Shown here in pieces: positions 40,201 to 49,550 of a stretch of DNA of 64,000 nt (the stretch's first letter is position 1; each line of letters starts with the position of its first letter). The stretch lies in the NCBI GenBank assembly GCA_965242965.1, contig OZ251518.1, forward strand, positions 32,001-96,000, read 5' to 3'. Made by a program: the position numbers and the translations under genes. Origin of the DNA: Candidatus Poribacteria bacterium. Its GTDB lineage: Bacteria; Poribacteria; WGA-4E; WGA-3G. The notes beneath the pieces were generated by a model. The model was given only the letters and a program-made list of their open reading frames with translations, was not told the DNA's origin and searched no databases.

Positions 40201-41413
40201 TTGGAAACAGGTTTTTGAAGCACCGGCGCATTTGCTTACAGGGAAACTCACCGGCGGTGTGGATATTCAAATGCAAGACCTGAAAACGCTCCAATTTCTC
40301 ATGCCTACCGTGAGCGATGCTGGCGGCGCGTGCGAAGGCACTGTCCGCCTGAGTGGCACACTAGATACCCCGCAAATTGATGGCACGGTGATGTTCACGA
40401 ATCTCGCGTTGGAGCAGGAAGAAACCGGGCTTGCGTTCCATTCGGTGGAAGGCGCGTGCCAACTCTCCAATGCACAACTCGCGATTACGCGACTCGGCGG
40501 CATCGTGAACGGCGGCGGCTTCTCTGTAACCGGTGATGTATTCTTATGGACAACAGCCGAACGCCTATGGAACCCTATTGAACCGACATTCGCTCTGGAA
40601 TCCACGCTAGCGAAGGCAACGTTCGCTCAAGAAGGACAGTATCATCTCGAAGTGGATTCAGCGACGTTGGGATTTGACGGGCCCATCGCCTCCCCACTCC
40701 TCACCGGCACGGTGAATATCCGCGACGGCGAATATCGTCAAAATTGGGAGAACGTGCGCGAGTGGTTCGCCGGCACCTCGGTTACCGCCACGGAAGTCGC
40801 CTTAGATGCATCCCCACTCCGCGAACTTCAGTTAGACGTGCGCCTCAACGTGCCGAGTTTCTACCTACTCTCCTCGGTGGTAGGCCCGACAGACATCCAC
40901 ATCGCCTGCGACGGCACACTTACAGGGTTGGTGCAACAGCCCATTTTCAAAGGCGATGTCCGAATCCTTGATGGACGGGTGAGTTTCTTGACACAGCAAT
41001 TCGCGTTCGTTGAAGGTTCACGTATCAGCAACGATAGCACCACCGTGTTTGACCCGGGGCTGGACATTCGCCTCCGGACTGTCAACCCGCTTCGGGCAGT
41101 CCCGCTCCGCGACGGTAGCACGGCAGACTTGGATGTGTTGCTCACCTATCAGGGAAACCTGAGCGATGCCGATTTCAATCTGCGCGCGGAACCAGTGAAC
41201 GCCACGACAACCGAATTGCCAACGCAGGAAGAAATCTGGACGTTGCTCTCGCAGCGACTTACGCTACCTTTCGGCGGTGTCACCTTCGGTTTTGAACCCT
41301 ATTCCCGGCATATCAGTGTCGAATATCTATTGCCGCGAAATATGTCGCTTAAGTTTGAACGGGACAAGCACGAGGGATATGGCATTGATTTCCAATTTGA
41401 AGGCCGCTTTTGA
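34214..41413 (+). CDS. Very large AsmA/TamB-like translocation-assembly protein (~2400 aa)
   Basis: N-terminal TM anchor, beta-taco-like repeats, DUF490-like C-terminus ending in F; upstream of an Omp85 gene. Confidence 0.82.
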   Translation: MHDFIKRFIRSKILLSAFAFFSIALIGGALFIQSGTVMNWVKQRVEAEIRKQITDTYTVNIGEITGNVLTGVKVDNVVVFPKGGNPSDAAVLSLRQLTLKYNLFALLFRKIEVTALEMSQPRLYAEVDAGGTLNLTELFRLSKESQGAAPRATDQEASGWTFAVQRVRCSKGTLRFLDRQRNLDIAITGVTLSVQGPLNTWNHQGAFSISDGSIAFNDSAMAITRFDADFLIAASGGELTQFQLNVGNHSVLEATARYDGTWHADINVKVDAADVQKFVGDMPHINGIASLHVTAEGTSDTASGTLTATVPSLTIAGLSGHFTPTGGTLSLHDVAIDVDFNTYPVPTFTLNQLQMHVAEGLFQASARVREDSYEGTWHAAGVQLAALPPMEPFSNWDGSLSTTGMFSGKGTDIISTLRLESTLELTDTLLNSIAVEDTSITCTVAASPVSAVSNRAYGRSRELNVVGTLAEADVQLGGFLGEDLHLHATSLRMDKLMDIFGGGPLDGLGELIADISPTGTMKGHIEIPDATFMDIPLGVLAGDFRYQDAQVFVENGLLTKGESRVSIEGTVDVEGELPARFRIFANSCQVAEYRQLLFGNAEYDISGRVTGELFCDGSLSRLDGSGTFAVTEGIAWGMRLDELTLPLEIEDYAIAIPNFQISARGQRAVLNLELATTGDFTLDIRTHAPVQLAELVRAADVPDFPIDANMDIVVRGTTKHEPENGLRQQTSVPTATSPNASRTTKKRTSVPTATSPNASRTTKLDFKLDIRLADITYEGNPLTDATLHGTLVERKKTTGEPDIFQFVGEAFEGASQISGEISTATDSPYRFTVQSRAMPATPILRCLHPMLEVVTGTADSTVEITGTLAALSPKATALFSEGEKPVYPYDVDIAIDTTTLRYRDIPITNSEQIRLHLKDDVWTFADFRLATEMEAASPFVSLTGTFSARDEAMDIVAKSAGFALEPLGTAFGFAIDGTARYEMSMNGTVTAPEVTLELILPALRMQTEFGDILASTADTGARVRYENNSVQIEPFALQVHGNKIDVEGNISVNPKDMNATRLNVQLRAPQLALANYEHLIRKSLPPETFALLTESVSHPDTVAREPDGFAPRPGGLSYARPDTVVRRPVPRNPDSPLNTVARGPVPRNPDSLEWITGTLDVSVNIAGSLVEPIITVQAKSAENPARNSGNLGNPAQIRIGAFPKPIILDAMQASVTLNQETVRISDVDVNWQIADATYHAHGEANFPNRKAVPGSTELPMLKPRFAFTLAANQLEVADFAALFLKQAKPSLRGTLSAVVELTGSGMSPEQISATCEVTSLSVTAGSLYFSNPDTVLTVASRYGALEGAFTFNLASPLLAGSVNVAIGGTHTAPEIVATGHGALHHLNWLGAIDYRDEQITVHRVELSSREQKKLTLTGSIPFNLALTSVPVTERFLDKPVEVHLRGHELPLAFFPKMDAVFSTSEGVVDINIGIVGATRSPQLSGGVSVLAPHLQLKGFPEPFRNATLHLTASEAGLESHNFRFEVGDGACIGQRAHVMLDGLTPKGLTLTGFHLHQFPLAGIARQAVPSDALGAVRGHVTATVSEFRIPLDSFFIEAMPGVPFPQLSRVPSLTALAEVATASAEIEEVRFAFNAAVTASGEPIQYDLRNMEPVPIVLADGSARLLKEFLMKDFSYWRAAFGQGNAAVGQPLFRIKGDFVAQLNDDKLPSELQTRLQERAPMESYILTKREDLWRIFGGDTNAPDFWLWQRVKADEQSNGRIQIFEESPALGVDREASFGIKADFSQELNAETVPAELRSQLQSKGLILPETLHVSKIDTLWQVHDEETKHRWMLSQEGAGTKEPVLSVFEHSLQVSLDKGSTVQMAACDIAARVKNLDVAPLTMDWPEEYQVKGTLSASLQLGTTNGAPRITLRRKKPRTRTHLDGIHLNGVPIELNGRLRYTDGAWELTETRPFLLAIEPENTIAVFFVCKAPPSTEKETGGDEVVKTSVPGPFWKQVFEAPAHLLTGKLTGGVDIQMQDLKTLQFLMPTVSDAGGACEGTVRLSGTLDTPQIDGTVMFTNLALEQEETGLAFHSVEGACQLSNAQLAITRLGGIVNGGGFSVTGDVFLWTTAERLWNPIEPTFALESTLAKATFAQEGQYHLEVDSATLGFDGPIASPLLTGTVNIRDGEYRQNWENVREWFAGTSVTATEVALDASPLRELQLDVRLNVPSFYLLSSVVGPTDIHIACDGTLTGLVQQPIFKGDVRILDGRVSFLTQQFAFVEGSRISNDSTTVFDPGLDIRLRTVNPLRAVPLRDGSTADLDVLLTYQGNLSDADFNLRAEPVNATTTELPTQEEIWTLLSQRLTLPFGGVTFGFEPYSRHISVEYLLPRNMSLKFERDKHEGYGIDFQFEGRF

Positions 41414-41520
41414 GCAGGATTCACAAGATTTACAAGATTTTCAGGATTATAGGATACGTTCAATAACAGTCTCCTTGTATCCTACTATCATGACGCTATC
41501 GGACTTCAAGAGGGAAATTT

Positions 41521-41786
41521 GAGGGTGTTTCATAACTCCGTTTCGGTAGTTATCCCGCCTTGGAGGGCGAGCGAATACCAGAAGGCATCGGGCCCACCTC
41601 TGTAGTTCGGGAGCGCCTGCTCCCGAACAGGTCAAGATCAGGCGATCTTGACCTACAGGGGTGATGCGGTCTGCCAGCCAAACCATGGCGAGGGCCTGTC
41701 CCTCGCCCTACGTGAAGCGGAGGCGTTTTTTTCACCGGCGCGCGATGCCTGTCACCGCGACGTTGAGCGAGTTATGAAACACCCTC
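41521..41786. mobile_element. MITE-like element with perfect 18-bp TIR
   Basis: GAGGGTGTTTCATAACTC/GAGTTATGAAACACCCTC; flanks GGGAAATTT vs GGGCGATTT (decayed 9-bp TSD). Confidence 0.82.
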
Positions 41787-41888
41787 GGGCGATTTGCAAT
41801 TGCAACCAGAAATCGGGCCAGGAATCTGGTATAATCCTGCCAATCCTGCTTGCGTGCCAAACCACAACCAGAGACAAGGAGACTCGCC

Positions 41889-44800
41889 GTGAACCAAAAC
41901 TATAATCCTGGAAATCTTGGAAATCTTGGAAATCCTGCTCCGGTTTTGATGCTGTGCTTTTTCTTCTTCACCCTCTGCGCCGGTGTCACGCACGCAGTGC
42001 CGGTAGTGCATATTACCTATCAACTCGATTCTGTCCCCGTGACAGACGAAGAAACCCTCGCGATGCTGCGTGCACGAATGCATCTCAGCGTCGGTGAACC
42101 CTTCTCGCGCCACGCTGTCCACCGTAGCGTTGTCGCGCTTTACGCTTCGGCGCAGTTTTCACAAGTTACCGTTGATGCGATAGAAACACTAGAGGGTGTC
42201 TCGCTTCTCTTTTCGCTCAAGGCTGTGTTGAAGATTGCGGGCATTACGATATCCAACGTGCCAGAAGAACTGCGCTTACCACTGAAAGCAGTCCTACAGT
42301 TGCAAGCCGGCGGTGCGTATCATCCGGCTGTTGCGCAGCGGGATGTCGTCAGCATCAAAAACGTGTGCGCGGCGTATGGGTATTTTGACGCGTCCGCCGC
42401 GGCGTTCTTCTCACCCACCCCTGGCTCAAAGATAACCGGCAATTTGACATACCGTGTCACTCTTGGCGCGCCTTCGCTGATTCAAACGGTTCGGGTTGAG
42501 GAAAATACGGACAGCGAAACACAATCCCTCACCGATGCCTTGCGCACAAGTCGGCCCGGCGAGCCGTATCGTCACACTGCCGTCGAACGAGATGCCGCGG
42601 CACTTGTCTCGCTGTATCGGGAAAGGGGTTACCTTACAGCAACGGTTCGCCACACCTTCACACCAGCAACAGGGATGCTGCAATTCTTTGTCGATGCCGG
42701 CAAACGATTCGTTTTTTCATATCTTCGCACCGAGAACTTAGATAGCGAAACGTCATTGCAAACAACGAAAAAACCGGCGGATATTGATGAACAGGAGTTG
42801 CGTAACCTGGTTGCTTCCTCGCGGCAGTCGCCGTTTCTGTGGCAACAGCGCGTCAAGGCATATTTTGAATCAAAAGGTTACGACAGCACACAGGTAGAGA
42901 TTGAAGAAAATCAGGAGCGGATAACGTTGACGATTCGTCCGGGGACGCGCTACGTCGTCACGCGCGTGACTTTTTCTGGAAACCTCGCCTTTTCCGAATC
43001 CGACTTGCTGCGGGAGATGAAGACGAAGCCGCAGGGATTCTTCGCGAAACGCTTCCTGAAACGTTTTTTCAATGCACAGACGCTTGAAACCGACATTGAC
43101 AGGCTCACTATTCTCTATCGCAACGAGGGTTATCCGGGTGTCCGAATAGAGACGCGAACCGAGAAGGATGCAACCGCCGGTGAAATCGCTATCCACGTGC
43201 AGATTGCTGCATCGGCGCGTGAAGTCATCTATCGGTGCGAATTCAACGGGAATAGTGCGTTAACGGAGGATACGCTGCTTGCAGCCCTGCAAGAAGCCGG
43301 ATTCTCGCCGCCGCAGCCGAATGCGCGATTCGTTCAGAACGATTACCGGAACGCTGTCCTTCGCGCCTATCAGGAACGCGGGTTTATGGATGTGGCAGTG
43401 AACGTTCGCTACGTCGCAAAAAACACAGAACCGGTTTTCCAAATTAAAGGTGATGCCGCGGCAGAAATCAGTGCCGCCCTCCACACCGGCACGCTCTCGG
43501 AGGCACTCCATCACCATTTTGAACAGGCAACGGGCATGCGGTTACCAGCGGTATCTCTCGCAACGCAAATCGACACGCTCTGGAGTTTACAAGATACAGC
43601 AGGGATTGCGCGCTACACCCTCCAAATTGACAACGTCATTGACAATGTCACTGTCGGCGATACAGAGAGCGACGTGTCCGCACAGAAACCGTCAGCAAGC
43701 GCAACGAAAATCCTCTCGGTTTTCGAGCATCACCTCCTTGCGTTTGACATCTCGGAAGGACAGCCTGTTCATTTCGGCACCTTCACGTTTCTCGGCGATG
43801 CTGGCGTGAAAGAAGAGGTGCTGACGCGAGAAGTGAAGCACCTAGGAGGCACGCTCTGGACACCGGCGAAATTGAGTCAAACTGTGCGGAATCTTTACAA
43901 TACCGGGATTTTTCGGCGGGTTGATGCACAGCCGAGCGCGGAGAATGTGTCAGGCATTCGCGCGAAGAACGTAGACGGCGACAACGGCGATATTGGAGAC
44001 GAGGCGAAAGATGCGCTTGCCTCAGAAACGCTTGTCAAACGGAACGTTTTCGTTCAGGTAGAAAAGCAAAAACCGGGCAGCTATCGCGCCGGGCTCGGCT
44101 ATAGCACGACAGACGGCTTTCGCACCACGCTCGCGATGCAACACCGCAACCTCTACCAACGGAATATCGGCGTTTCACTCCGCGGCAGGGCCGGACTCCG
44201 AGCTGGCACACTCGGGTACCTGCTGGAAAGCAGATTGACGAAACCGTGGCTGTTTGGGAGAAACCGCGGCACGCTGCAAGTCTCCGAAAGAAACCTTGAA
44301 GAAGATGATAACGTCCGCGCTCTCCAAAGCAGCGTGACGCTCAGTCGGGAACTCTCTAACGAACTGCTCCTCCAATTCCAATACAATTACAGGTTCTTGC
44401 GCCAAGCCACGCCGATGTTGAACGAACAAGAACGCCTCGCTCTACAACAGATTGAAACCGAACCAGATCTTCGCACTACCGTCAGTAGCCTGCGGCTTTC
44501 TTGGACGTATGACAGCAGCCTCCCCTACCTCGCGCCGACATCAGGGATGCACAACGAGGTGACATTGGAATACGCCGGTGGATTCCTGCAAGGCGAAACC
44601 AGTTTTATTAAGACGACGACAGACTTCCGACTCTATCGGCAACTCTTCACCGCCGGGCCAACCGTAGCAACGGCTTTGCGCCTCGGTGTCACCAACGGAT
44701 TGCGTGCGAATCGCGGCGCGGAGCTCATTTCGTTTGAACGGTTCTGGGCCGGCGGCAGCACGACGGTGCGGGGATACGCTGAACGCGGCCTCGGGCCGCT

Positions 44801-45089
44801 GGATAGCGCAGGCAACCACCGCGGCGATATTCAATTCATCTTCAACACCGAATTGCGCTTTCCTATCTACAAACCGATTCGGGGCGTGCTTTTCTTTGAT
44901 ACAGGCAACGTCTGGCGTTCGCTGGACACTTTCGACTTTATCCTCACGGAATTGCCGGCGGCTATCGGCGCGGGCATTCGTCTGCAGTGGGGTGCTTTCA
45001 CGGGCGGCGTGGATTACGCTGTGCCACTACGCGATATCCCCAGTGCCGCTGCTACTCCCCTCTACTGGCGACTCGGCAGCACTTTTTAG
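41889..45089 (+). CDS. Omp85 family outer-membrane assembly protein (BamA/TamA-like)
   Basis: Multiple POTRA repeats (Y...GY), ERF.AGG..TVRGY, FFDTGNVW and C-terminal LG.TF. Confidence 0.9.
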   Translation: MNQNYNPGNLGNLGNPAPVLMLCFFFFTLCAGVTHAVPVVHITYQLDSVPVTDEETLAMLRARMHLSVGEPFSRHAVHRSVVALYASAQFSQVTVDAIETLEGVSLLFSLKAVLKIAGITISNVPEELRLPLKAVLQLQAGGAYHPAVAQRDVVSIKNVCAAYGYFDASAAAFFSPTPGSKITGNLTYRVTLGAPSLIQTVRVEENTDSETQSLTDALRTSRPGEPYRHTAVERDAAALVSLYRERGYLTATVRHTFTPATGMLQFFVDAGKRFVFSYLRTENLDSETSLQTTKKPADIDEQELRNLVASSRQSPFLWQQRVKAYFESKGYDSTQVEIEENQERITLTIRPGTRYVVTRVTFSGNLAFSESDLLREMKTKPQGFFAKRFLKRFFNAQTLETDIDRLTILYRNEGYPGVRIETRTEKDATAGEIAIHVQIAASAREVIYRCEFNGNSALTEDTLLAALQEAGFSPPQPNARFVQNDYRNAVLRAYQERGFMDVAVNVRYVAKNTEPVFQIKGDAAAEISAALHTGTLSEALHHHFEQATGMRLPAVSLATQIDTLWSLQDTAGIARYTLQIDNVIDNVTVGDTESDVSAQKPSASATKILSVFEHHLLAFDISEGQPVHFGTFTFLGDAGVKEEVLTREVKHLGGTLWTPAKLSQTVRNLYNTGIFRRVDAQPSAENVSGIRAKNVDGDNGDIGDEAKDALASETLVKRNVFVQVEKQKPGSYRAGLGYSTTDGFRTTLAMQHRNLYQRNIGVSLRGRAGLRAGTLGYLLESRLTKPWLFGRNRGTLQVSERNLEEDDNVRALQSSVTLSRELSNELLLQFQYNYRFLRQATPMLNEQERLALQQIETEPDLRTTVSSLRLSWTYDSSLPYLAPTSGMHNEVTLEYAGGFLQGETSFIKTTTDFRLYRQLFTAGPTVATALRLGVTNGLRANRGAELISFERFWAGGSTTVRGYAERGLGPLDSAGNHRGDIQFIFNTELRFPIYKPIRGVLFFDTGNVWRSLDTFDFILTELPAAIGAGIRLQWGAFTGGVDYAVPLRDIPSAAATPLYWRLGSTF

Positions 45090-45094
45090 TCTTC

Positions 45095-45905
45095 TTCGGT
45101 ATTTATTCTCCCTTGGGGAGCGGGCGACTCCCGCGCCCTCTGGGTAGGAGAGACCACCCAGTCTCGATTATCCCCGTAGGCGAGATCGCCCGGTCTCGAT
45201 TGCCATCAGGCCCTCGCCCTACGGTGGTAGGAGGGGTGTTTTAGATGACGTAGCGCGGGGGCCTGTCCCCCGCGATCTCTCCGCCGAAACGAAAAACGTT
45301 CGCAGCCCCAGAGGCATGGGCGTTTACTGTCACGATCGAGGCATGGCGAGGGACAGGCCCTCGCCCTACGGTGGTAAGAGGGTGTTTTAGGTGCCGTAGC
45401 GCGGGGGCCTGTCCCCCGCGATGCTAAGTGTCTGAAGCAGGATTTGCAGGATTTACAAGATTTACAAGATTATCTCCCGCGCCGCTAGCGTTTTTTGCAA
45501 TGGATACCTCTTCAGGTCCTTTAGGTCCTGCATGTCTATAGAAAAAACAGACATGCCACTGTTTTCAAGGTCCTTTAGGTCCTTAATGGAAATGGCAGCC
45601 AAGCGAGTCAAGGCACATTAAGGTCCTACAGACCTTAGGGTGCGCTGCGATGCAGGATGCTATAGACATTAAGGTCTTACAGACCTTAAGTCCCGAGCGG
45701 AAACGCCAAGGTTACCGTAGCGCGGGGGCCTGTCCCCCGCGAGTGTTCGATCCAAACGAAAAACGTCGCGGTTACCGTAGCGCGGGGGACAGGCCCCCGC
45801 GATCTACCGAACGAAACGAGAAACGTCCACAGCCCAAGAGGCCACGGACGTTGCCTGTTAATACCGGCGCATGGCGAGGGACAGGCCCTCGCCCTACGGT
45901 GAACG
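45095..45905. repeat. Large REP mosaic cluster between convergent genes
   Basis: REP-A, B and D units plus 9-mer CAGGATTT/CAAGATTT runs. Confidence 0.9.
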
Positions 45906-45916
45906 GAAACGGTTTC

Positions 45917-47533
45917 CTACTTCCGAATGACCATCTTCCGGGTTGCGGAGAAATCATCCGCGGTCAACGTATAGAAATAAACACCGCTGGCAACAGGCTC
46001 ACCCGCCGCATTCCGGCCATCCCAATAGGCTGCGCGAGAACGGTTTTGATAGATGCCCGCCGGGACCTGACCGAGGTCGAGTGCGCGGACGAGTTTTCCG
46101 TCTGCCGAATAAATAGAGACTTTCACCCCAGCGGGTTTTGCCAACTGATACGGTATCCATGTCTCTGGGTTAAACGGATTTGGATAATTCGCAAGCAGGA
46201 CTGTCTCTTTCGGCTGTGCTTCGACGCGCGTTAATGCCGCTAAGAGCCGTTCCAGCGCGGCGATTCCCGCCGGGTCTGCGTTCGCTGCCTTTGCATCACG
46301 GAGCCACCGCTGCACATCTGCTGCCTGTAGGCTCCCGGTCTTGATGTTTGCCTGTGTTAATGCAGGCGCACCTGCAGCATCCACCGCCTCTGCCACAGCA
46401 ATGAAATCGTCAACATCAACCTTCCCATCGTTATTAACATCCGCCCTCCGGTTTGCACCGGCACCGACGGTTTTCCCGTAGTTTCTGGCCACCTCTACAA
46501 GATCATTGACGTTGACTTTACCATTCCCCGTGACATCCACTGTGAGCAATCGCCACAAACCGATGTCTTGCTGAAGAGGCACCTTGCCCGCGAGAATCTG
46601 CCCATTCGGTGAAAACGCTAAGCCCGCCGACGACCCCCCTCCGTATCCCGTGAGCGCGGTTTTGAGGGCACCGGTGTTCGGATTCCAAAGGCGGAGGGTG
46701 CCGTGCGTTGCCCCCCTCTGGCGACCCGCACTCACCAACGTCTCCCCGTTCGGATGGAACGCTAACGAAATAATATATTGGCGAGGTACCTGCAGCACGT
46801 GCCGGGTGGTGTGCGTATCGGGATTCCAGAGGCGGATGGTTTTGTCGTGACTTCCACTCGCGAGGATGCGGCCATCCGGACTCCACGCCACGCAGTTGAC
46901 CGACTCCGTATGCCCCCGCAGCACGGCGAAGTTGATGCCGTTGCTTGGATTCCACAACCGCACCGTGCCATCATTACTCGCACTCGCTAGCACCCTACCA
47001 TCTGGACTCCACGCGACCGATCTGACAGCTTCCGTGTGCCCCCGCAGTGTGCGCACATGCCGCAGGTTGTTGATGTCACCCACATCCCAGATACGGATAG
47101 TCTTGTCACCACTCGCACTCGCCAGCACATAACTGTTCAGCTTGAAGGCGAGGCTGATGACAACGTCTGTATGCCCCGCCACCGAGCCGCGCCAGTCGCC
47201 ATCGGAGCTATAGCGCATCCGAATCTTATGATTATCTACCCCACCACCATAGGCGATGAAGTGGGGGTTCTGCGAAGGGAGCGCAACGGCGTAGACCTCA
47301 TTCCCGACATCCTGTTCCCAGCGTTGTGTGCCGGTGGTGACATTCCAGGCGCGGAGAGTGTTGTCATAACTCCCACTGATTAGCGTCCCGTTATCCTTGA
47401 AGACTACCACCCTGACATAATGCGTGTGTCCCGTCAAGGTATCGGTGTGGACGTATTGTTGTGCGGTGGCGGTCGTCACTGCCATCGCTGCTATTAACAC
47501 TAGTGTTAAGGTTAAAACCGTTAATTTTCTCAT
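45917..47533 (-). CDS. Secreted WD40 protein with dockerin-like repeats and a FlgD/T9SS-like C-terminal domain
   Basis: Signal peptide; GH...V..VAWSPDG...WD repeats; DV.G.G.V...DL; LLANYPNPFNPETWIPY...WDGRN..GE.VASGVYFY. Confidence 0.9.
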   Translation of the reverse strand: MRKLTVLTLTLVLIAAMAVTTATAQQYVHTDTLTGHTHYVRVVVFKDNGTLISGSYDNTLRAWNVTTGTQRWEQDVGNEVYAVALPSQNPHFIAYGGGVDNHKIRMRYSSDGDWRGSVAGHTDVVISLAFKLNSYVLASASGDKTIRIWDVGDINNLRHVRTLRGHTEAVRSVAWSPDGRVLASASNDGTVRLWNPSNGINFAVLRGHTESVNCVAWSPDGRILASGSHDKTIRLWNPDTHTTRHVLQVPRQYIISLAFHPNGETLVSAGRQRGATHGTLRLWNPNTGALKTALTGYGGGSSAGLAFSPNGQILAGKVPLQQDIGLWRLLTVDVTGNGKVNVNDLVEVARNYGKTVGAGANRRADVNNDGKVDVDDFIAVAEAVDAAGAPALTQANIKTGSLQAADVQRWLRDAKAANADPAGIAALERLLAALTRVEAQPKETVLLANYPNPFNPETWIPYQLAKPAGVKVSIYSADGKLVRALDLGQVPAGIYQNRSRAAYWDGRNAAGEPVASGVYFYTLTADDFSATRKMVIRK

Positions 47534-47577
47534 GATAAAAAAATTCCTTTGCCCGCCATTAATAGCGAGCATTCGTA

Positions 47578-48072
47578 TCAATCCGCTTCCCCCAGATGCC
47601 GAATCTCAAAAGCGTAAACGCGCATCTTCACGTAACCGCTCTTCTTATACTCGGCGTGACTCTCACATCTGATGAGAAGCCCAGTAAACTCGTATTTGTG
47701 CCCCCGTTCGTAGGTCTCGGGGGGATTCGGTACATCTAGCGGATACACGTCAACCACATTTCCTTCTAGCGTTATCTTCCGAACCTGTTTCGTTCGGAAG
47801 GAGGTCTCAACAAGTCCAGCCACACCTGTGAAACGGACAAACCGCCCCACATACTGGTCCCAGTTCTGCTGCAGCTCTCGGAAGCGCATCGGCTTGATCC
47901 AAACGTGCTCCTCACCCCGTCCCCGTGCAAAGAGCCTCACCTGAACGGGAACCCCATTCAAAGTGCTTGAAAACCCCTGAGAGAAATGAACAATCGGCTC
48001 TCTTGCAACGAGGATTGCACTAACGCTTAAAACCATCAGCGCAATGACGATGCAAAATTTTCTGCAGGTCAT
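47578..48072 (-). CDS. Hypothetical exported protein
   Basis: 164-aa ORF with signal peptide and GAGG RBS, upstream of the WD40 gene. Confidence 0.6.
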   Translation of the reverse strand: MTCRKFCIVIALMVLSVSAILVAREPIVHFSQGFSSTLNGVPVQVRLFARGRGEEHVWIKPMRFRELQQNWDQYVGRFVRFTGVAGLVETSFRTKQVRKITLEGNVVDVYPLDVPNPPETYERGHKYEFTGLLIRCESHAEYKKSGYVKMRVYAFEIRHLGEAD

Positions 48073-48135
48073 TCAAAATCCTCTTTCGTTTGTGATAAAA
48101 ACCGCGTTAAACCGCGCGGTTTTCGTCTATTCCGT

Positions 48136-48317
48136 TGTCTGAATCAGGATTTCCAAGATTCAAGGATTTCCAAGATGAGGGATTGCTTGTCCTCGTAAAT
48201 CCCTCTGGCGCGTTAGGAATGATCTCCATATCGCAATTTCTACGAAGGTCAGCCTTGGCGAAGCGATGCGCTCCTAATCCTGTAAATCCTATCATCTTGT
48301 GAATCCTGATTCAGACA
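48136..48317. repeat. Element bounded by inverted 9-mer arrays
   Basis: TGTCTGAATCAGGATT...AATCCTGATTCAGACA 16-bp inverted ends. Confidence 0.75.
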
Positions 48318-48467
48318 GTTAATTGCAATTCGTCTCCAGACAACGTGTCTGGGGTTGCGGCGGGAGGTTGCAGTCGCCTTTCGGCGATGCAGTGCCTCCC
48401 GTAAACGTGGAAACATTCCAAAATTCACGCGCCCGGTGTCAAACACTAGGCGATACAGGAAGAGAGT

Positions 48468-49106
48468 TCAGTCCTGGCCCCTTGAGAGATCCATGGAATT
48501 AAATCCACGAATCTTGATATCGTCATCCCCCTTGAACTGGACATACTTCTCTTTATAGAGTTTGAATAGGCACAGTTGAATAGGGATAACCTCTGAAGCG
48601 TTGATTGGACCGAGCACTCCTGCCTTCTCTAAGGCAGCAACAACAAGTTCGGAACAGAAGAATTTCTCAAAATCCTCCCGATTCGCAGTGGGGCCTAAGG
48701 CATCAAGGATACCATCTATGGCAGCTTTGACGGCTTGGCCGTAATCGTAGGGTTTCCCCTCTTGTTCAAGCAAAAAATCAATGAGTTTTTGCTTATCCAA
48801 TTTGCAGCGGGCTTCGTCACTCAAAGGCAACCACCAGAGTTCGCCTTCATAAGCCTCTTCAAGCCGGCTCAGTCGGCTGAATTGAACTCCTTCAGCGGTA
48901 GCCTCTGCAACTCGGACGCGCCTATTGGGTTGTGCGGTATCATCTACCACGAGTTCGCTGTGGAGGACAATGCCGACATGTGACACATTACTGTTCGTAA
49001 ACAACTTTATCGCGTCGGAGACAGGCTTTTTGCCGGCAAAAGCGATGATATCTCCGGGTTGCATCTTATCTCTGATACTCGCGTACGTACCTCGTTTCCA
49101 GGACAC
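48468..49106 (-). CDS. Permuted papain-like amidase (YiiX/YaeF, NlpC/P60 superfamily)
   Basis: QPGDII.F, SHVGI, GKPYD and FFCSELV motifs; GTG start after GAGGAG. Confidence 0.85.
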   Translation of the reverse strand: MSWKRGTYASIRDKMQPGDIIAFAGKKPVSDAIKLFTNSNVSHVGIVLHSELVVDDTAQPNRRVRVAEATAEGVQFSRLSRLEEAYEGELWWLPLSDEARCKLDKQKLIDFLLEQEGKPYDYGQAVKAAIDGILDALGPTANREDFEKFFCSELVVAALEKAGVLGPINASEVIPIQLCLFKLYKEKYVQFKGDDDIKIRGFNSMDLSRGQD

Positions 49107-49550
49107 TTTTTTCTCCTCTCTTGTGCAGAACGAACCGAATTGAGTCAGCGACACGATGGGCAGCATTGCCCATCGCAGCGTCGCTGGTTTCAACGGTGTT
49201 CGTTAGACAGATTCTCGCCGCGTCTCGCCGCTGTCAGGAGCAAGACACGGTATCGGGTTTAAAAACAGTCCCACTCGGCGTTAACTGACATAGTCTCAAG
49301 TGGCTTTCCGTTGAGGGTAGTTGAAATGTCCTCGGACAGACTCACTCAAATTTCGTCAGCGTCCACTACGGTGGAAGACAATCAATGTTTGCGCTATGCC
49401 ACAAAAATTTGGCTGCGGCGGAGGGGACCAACGCTGTTCTGCCCCCGCGTTCGCCGCAACTCTCGCACGGTCCCAACCCCACCGGGCCGCCGAAAAATGC
49501 TCGCGGCGTAGGGTGAAGTGACGCGAGACCGTAGGTTGGTGGCCTTCAAC

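Noticed and set aside
45650-46234. ORFs in repeat clusters with recurring peptides (VARGPVPR, WRGTGPRPT, HRDQEVSPT), e.g. 5462-5776, 18330-18839, 28982-29095, 45650-46234
   Set aside because: These are translations of REP units, with no RBS or domain support
49195-49210. GTTAGAC as an integron attC/attI core
   Set aside because: No matching inverse core with attC geometry, no repeated attC sites, no integrase
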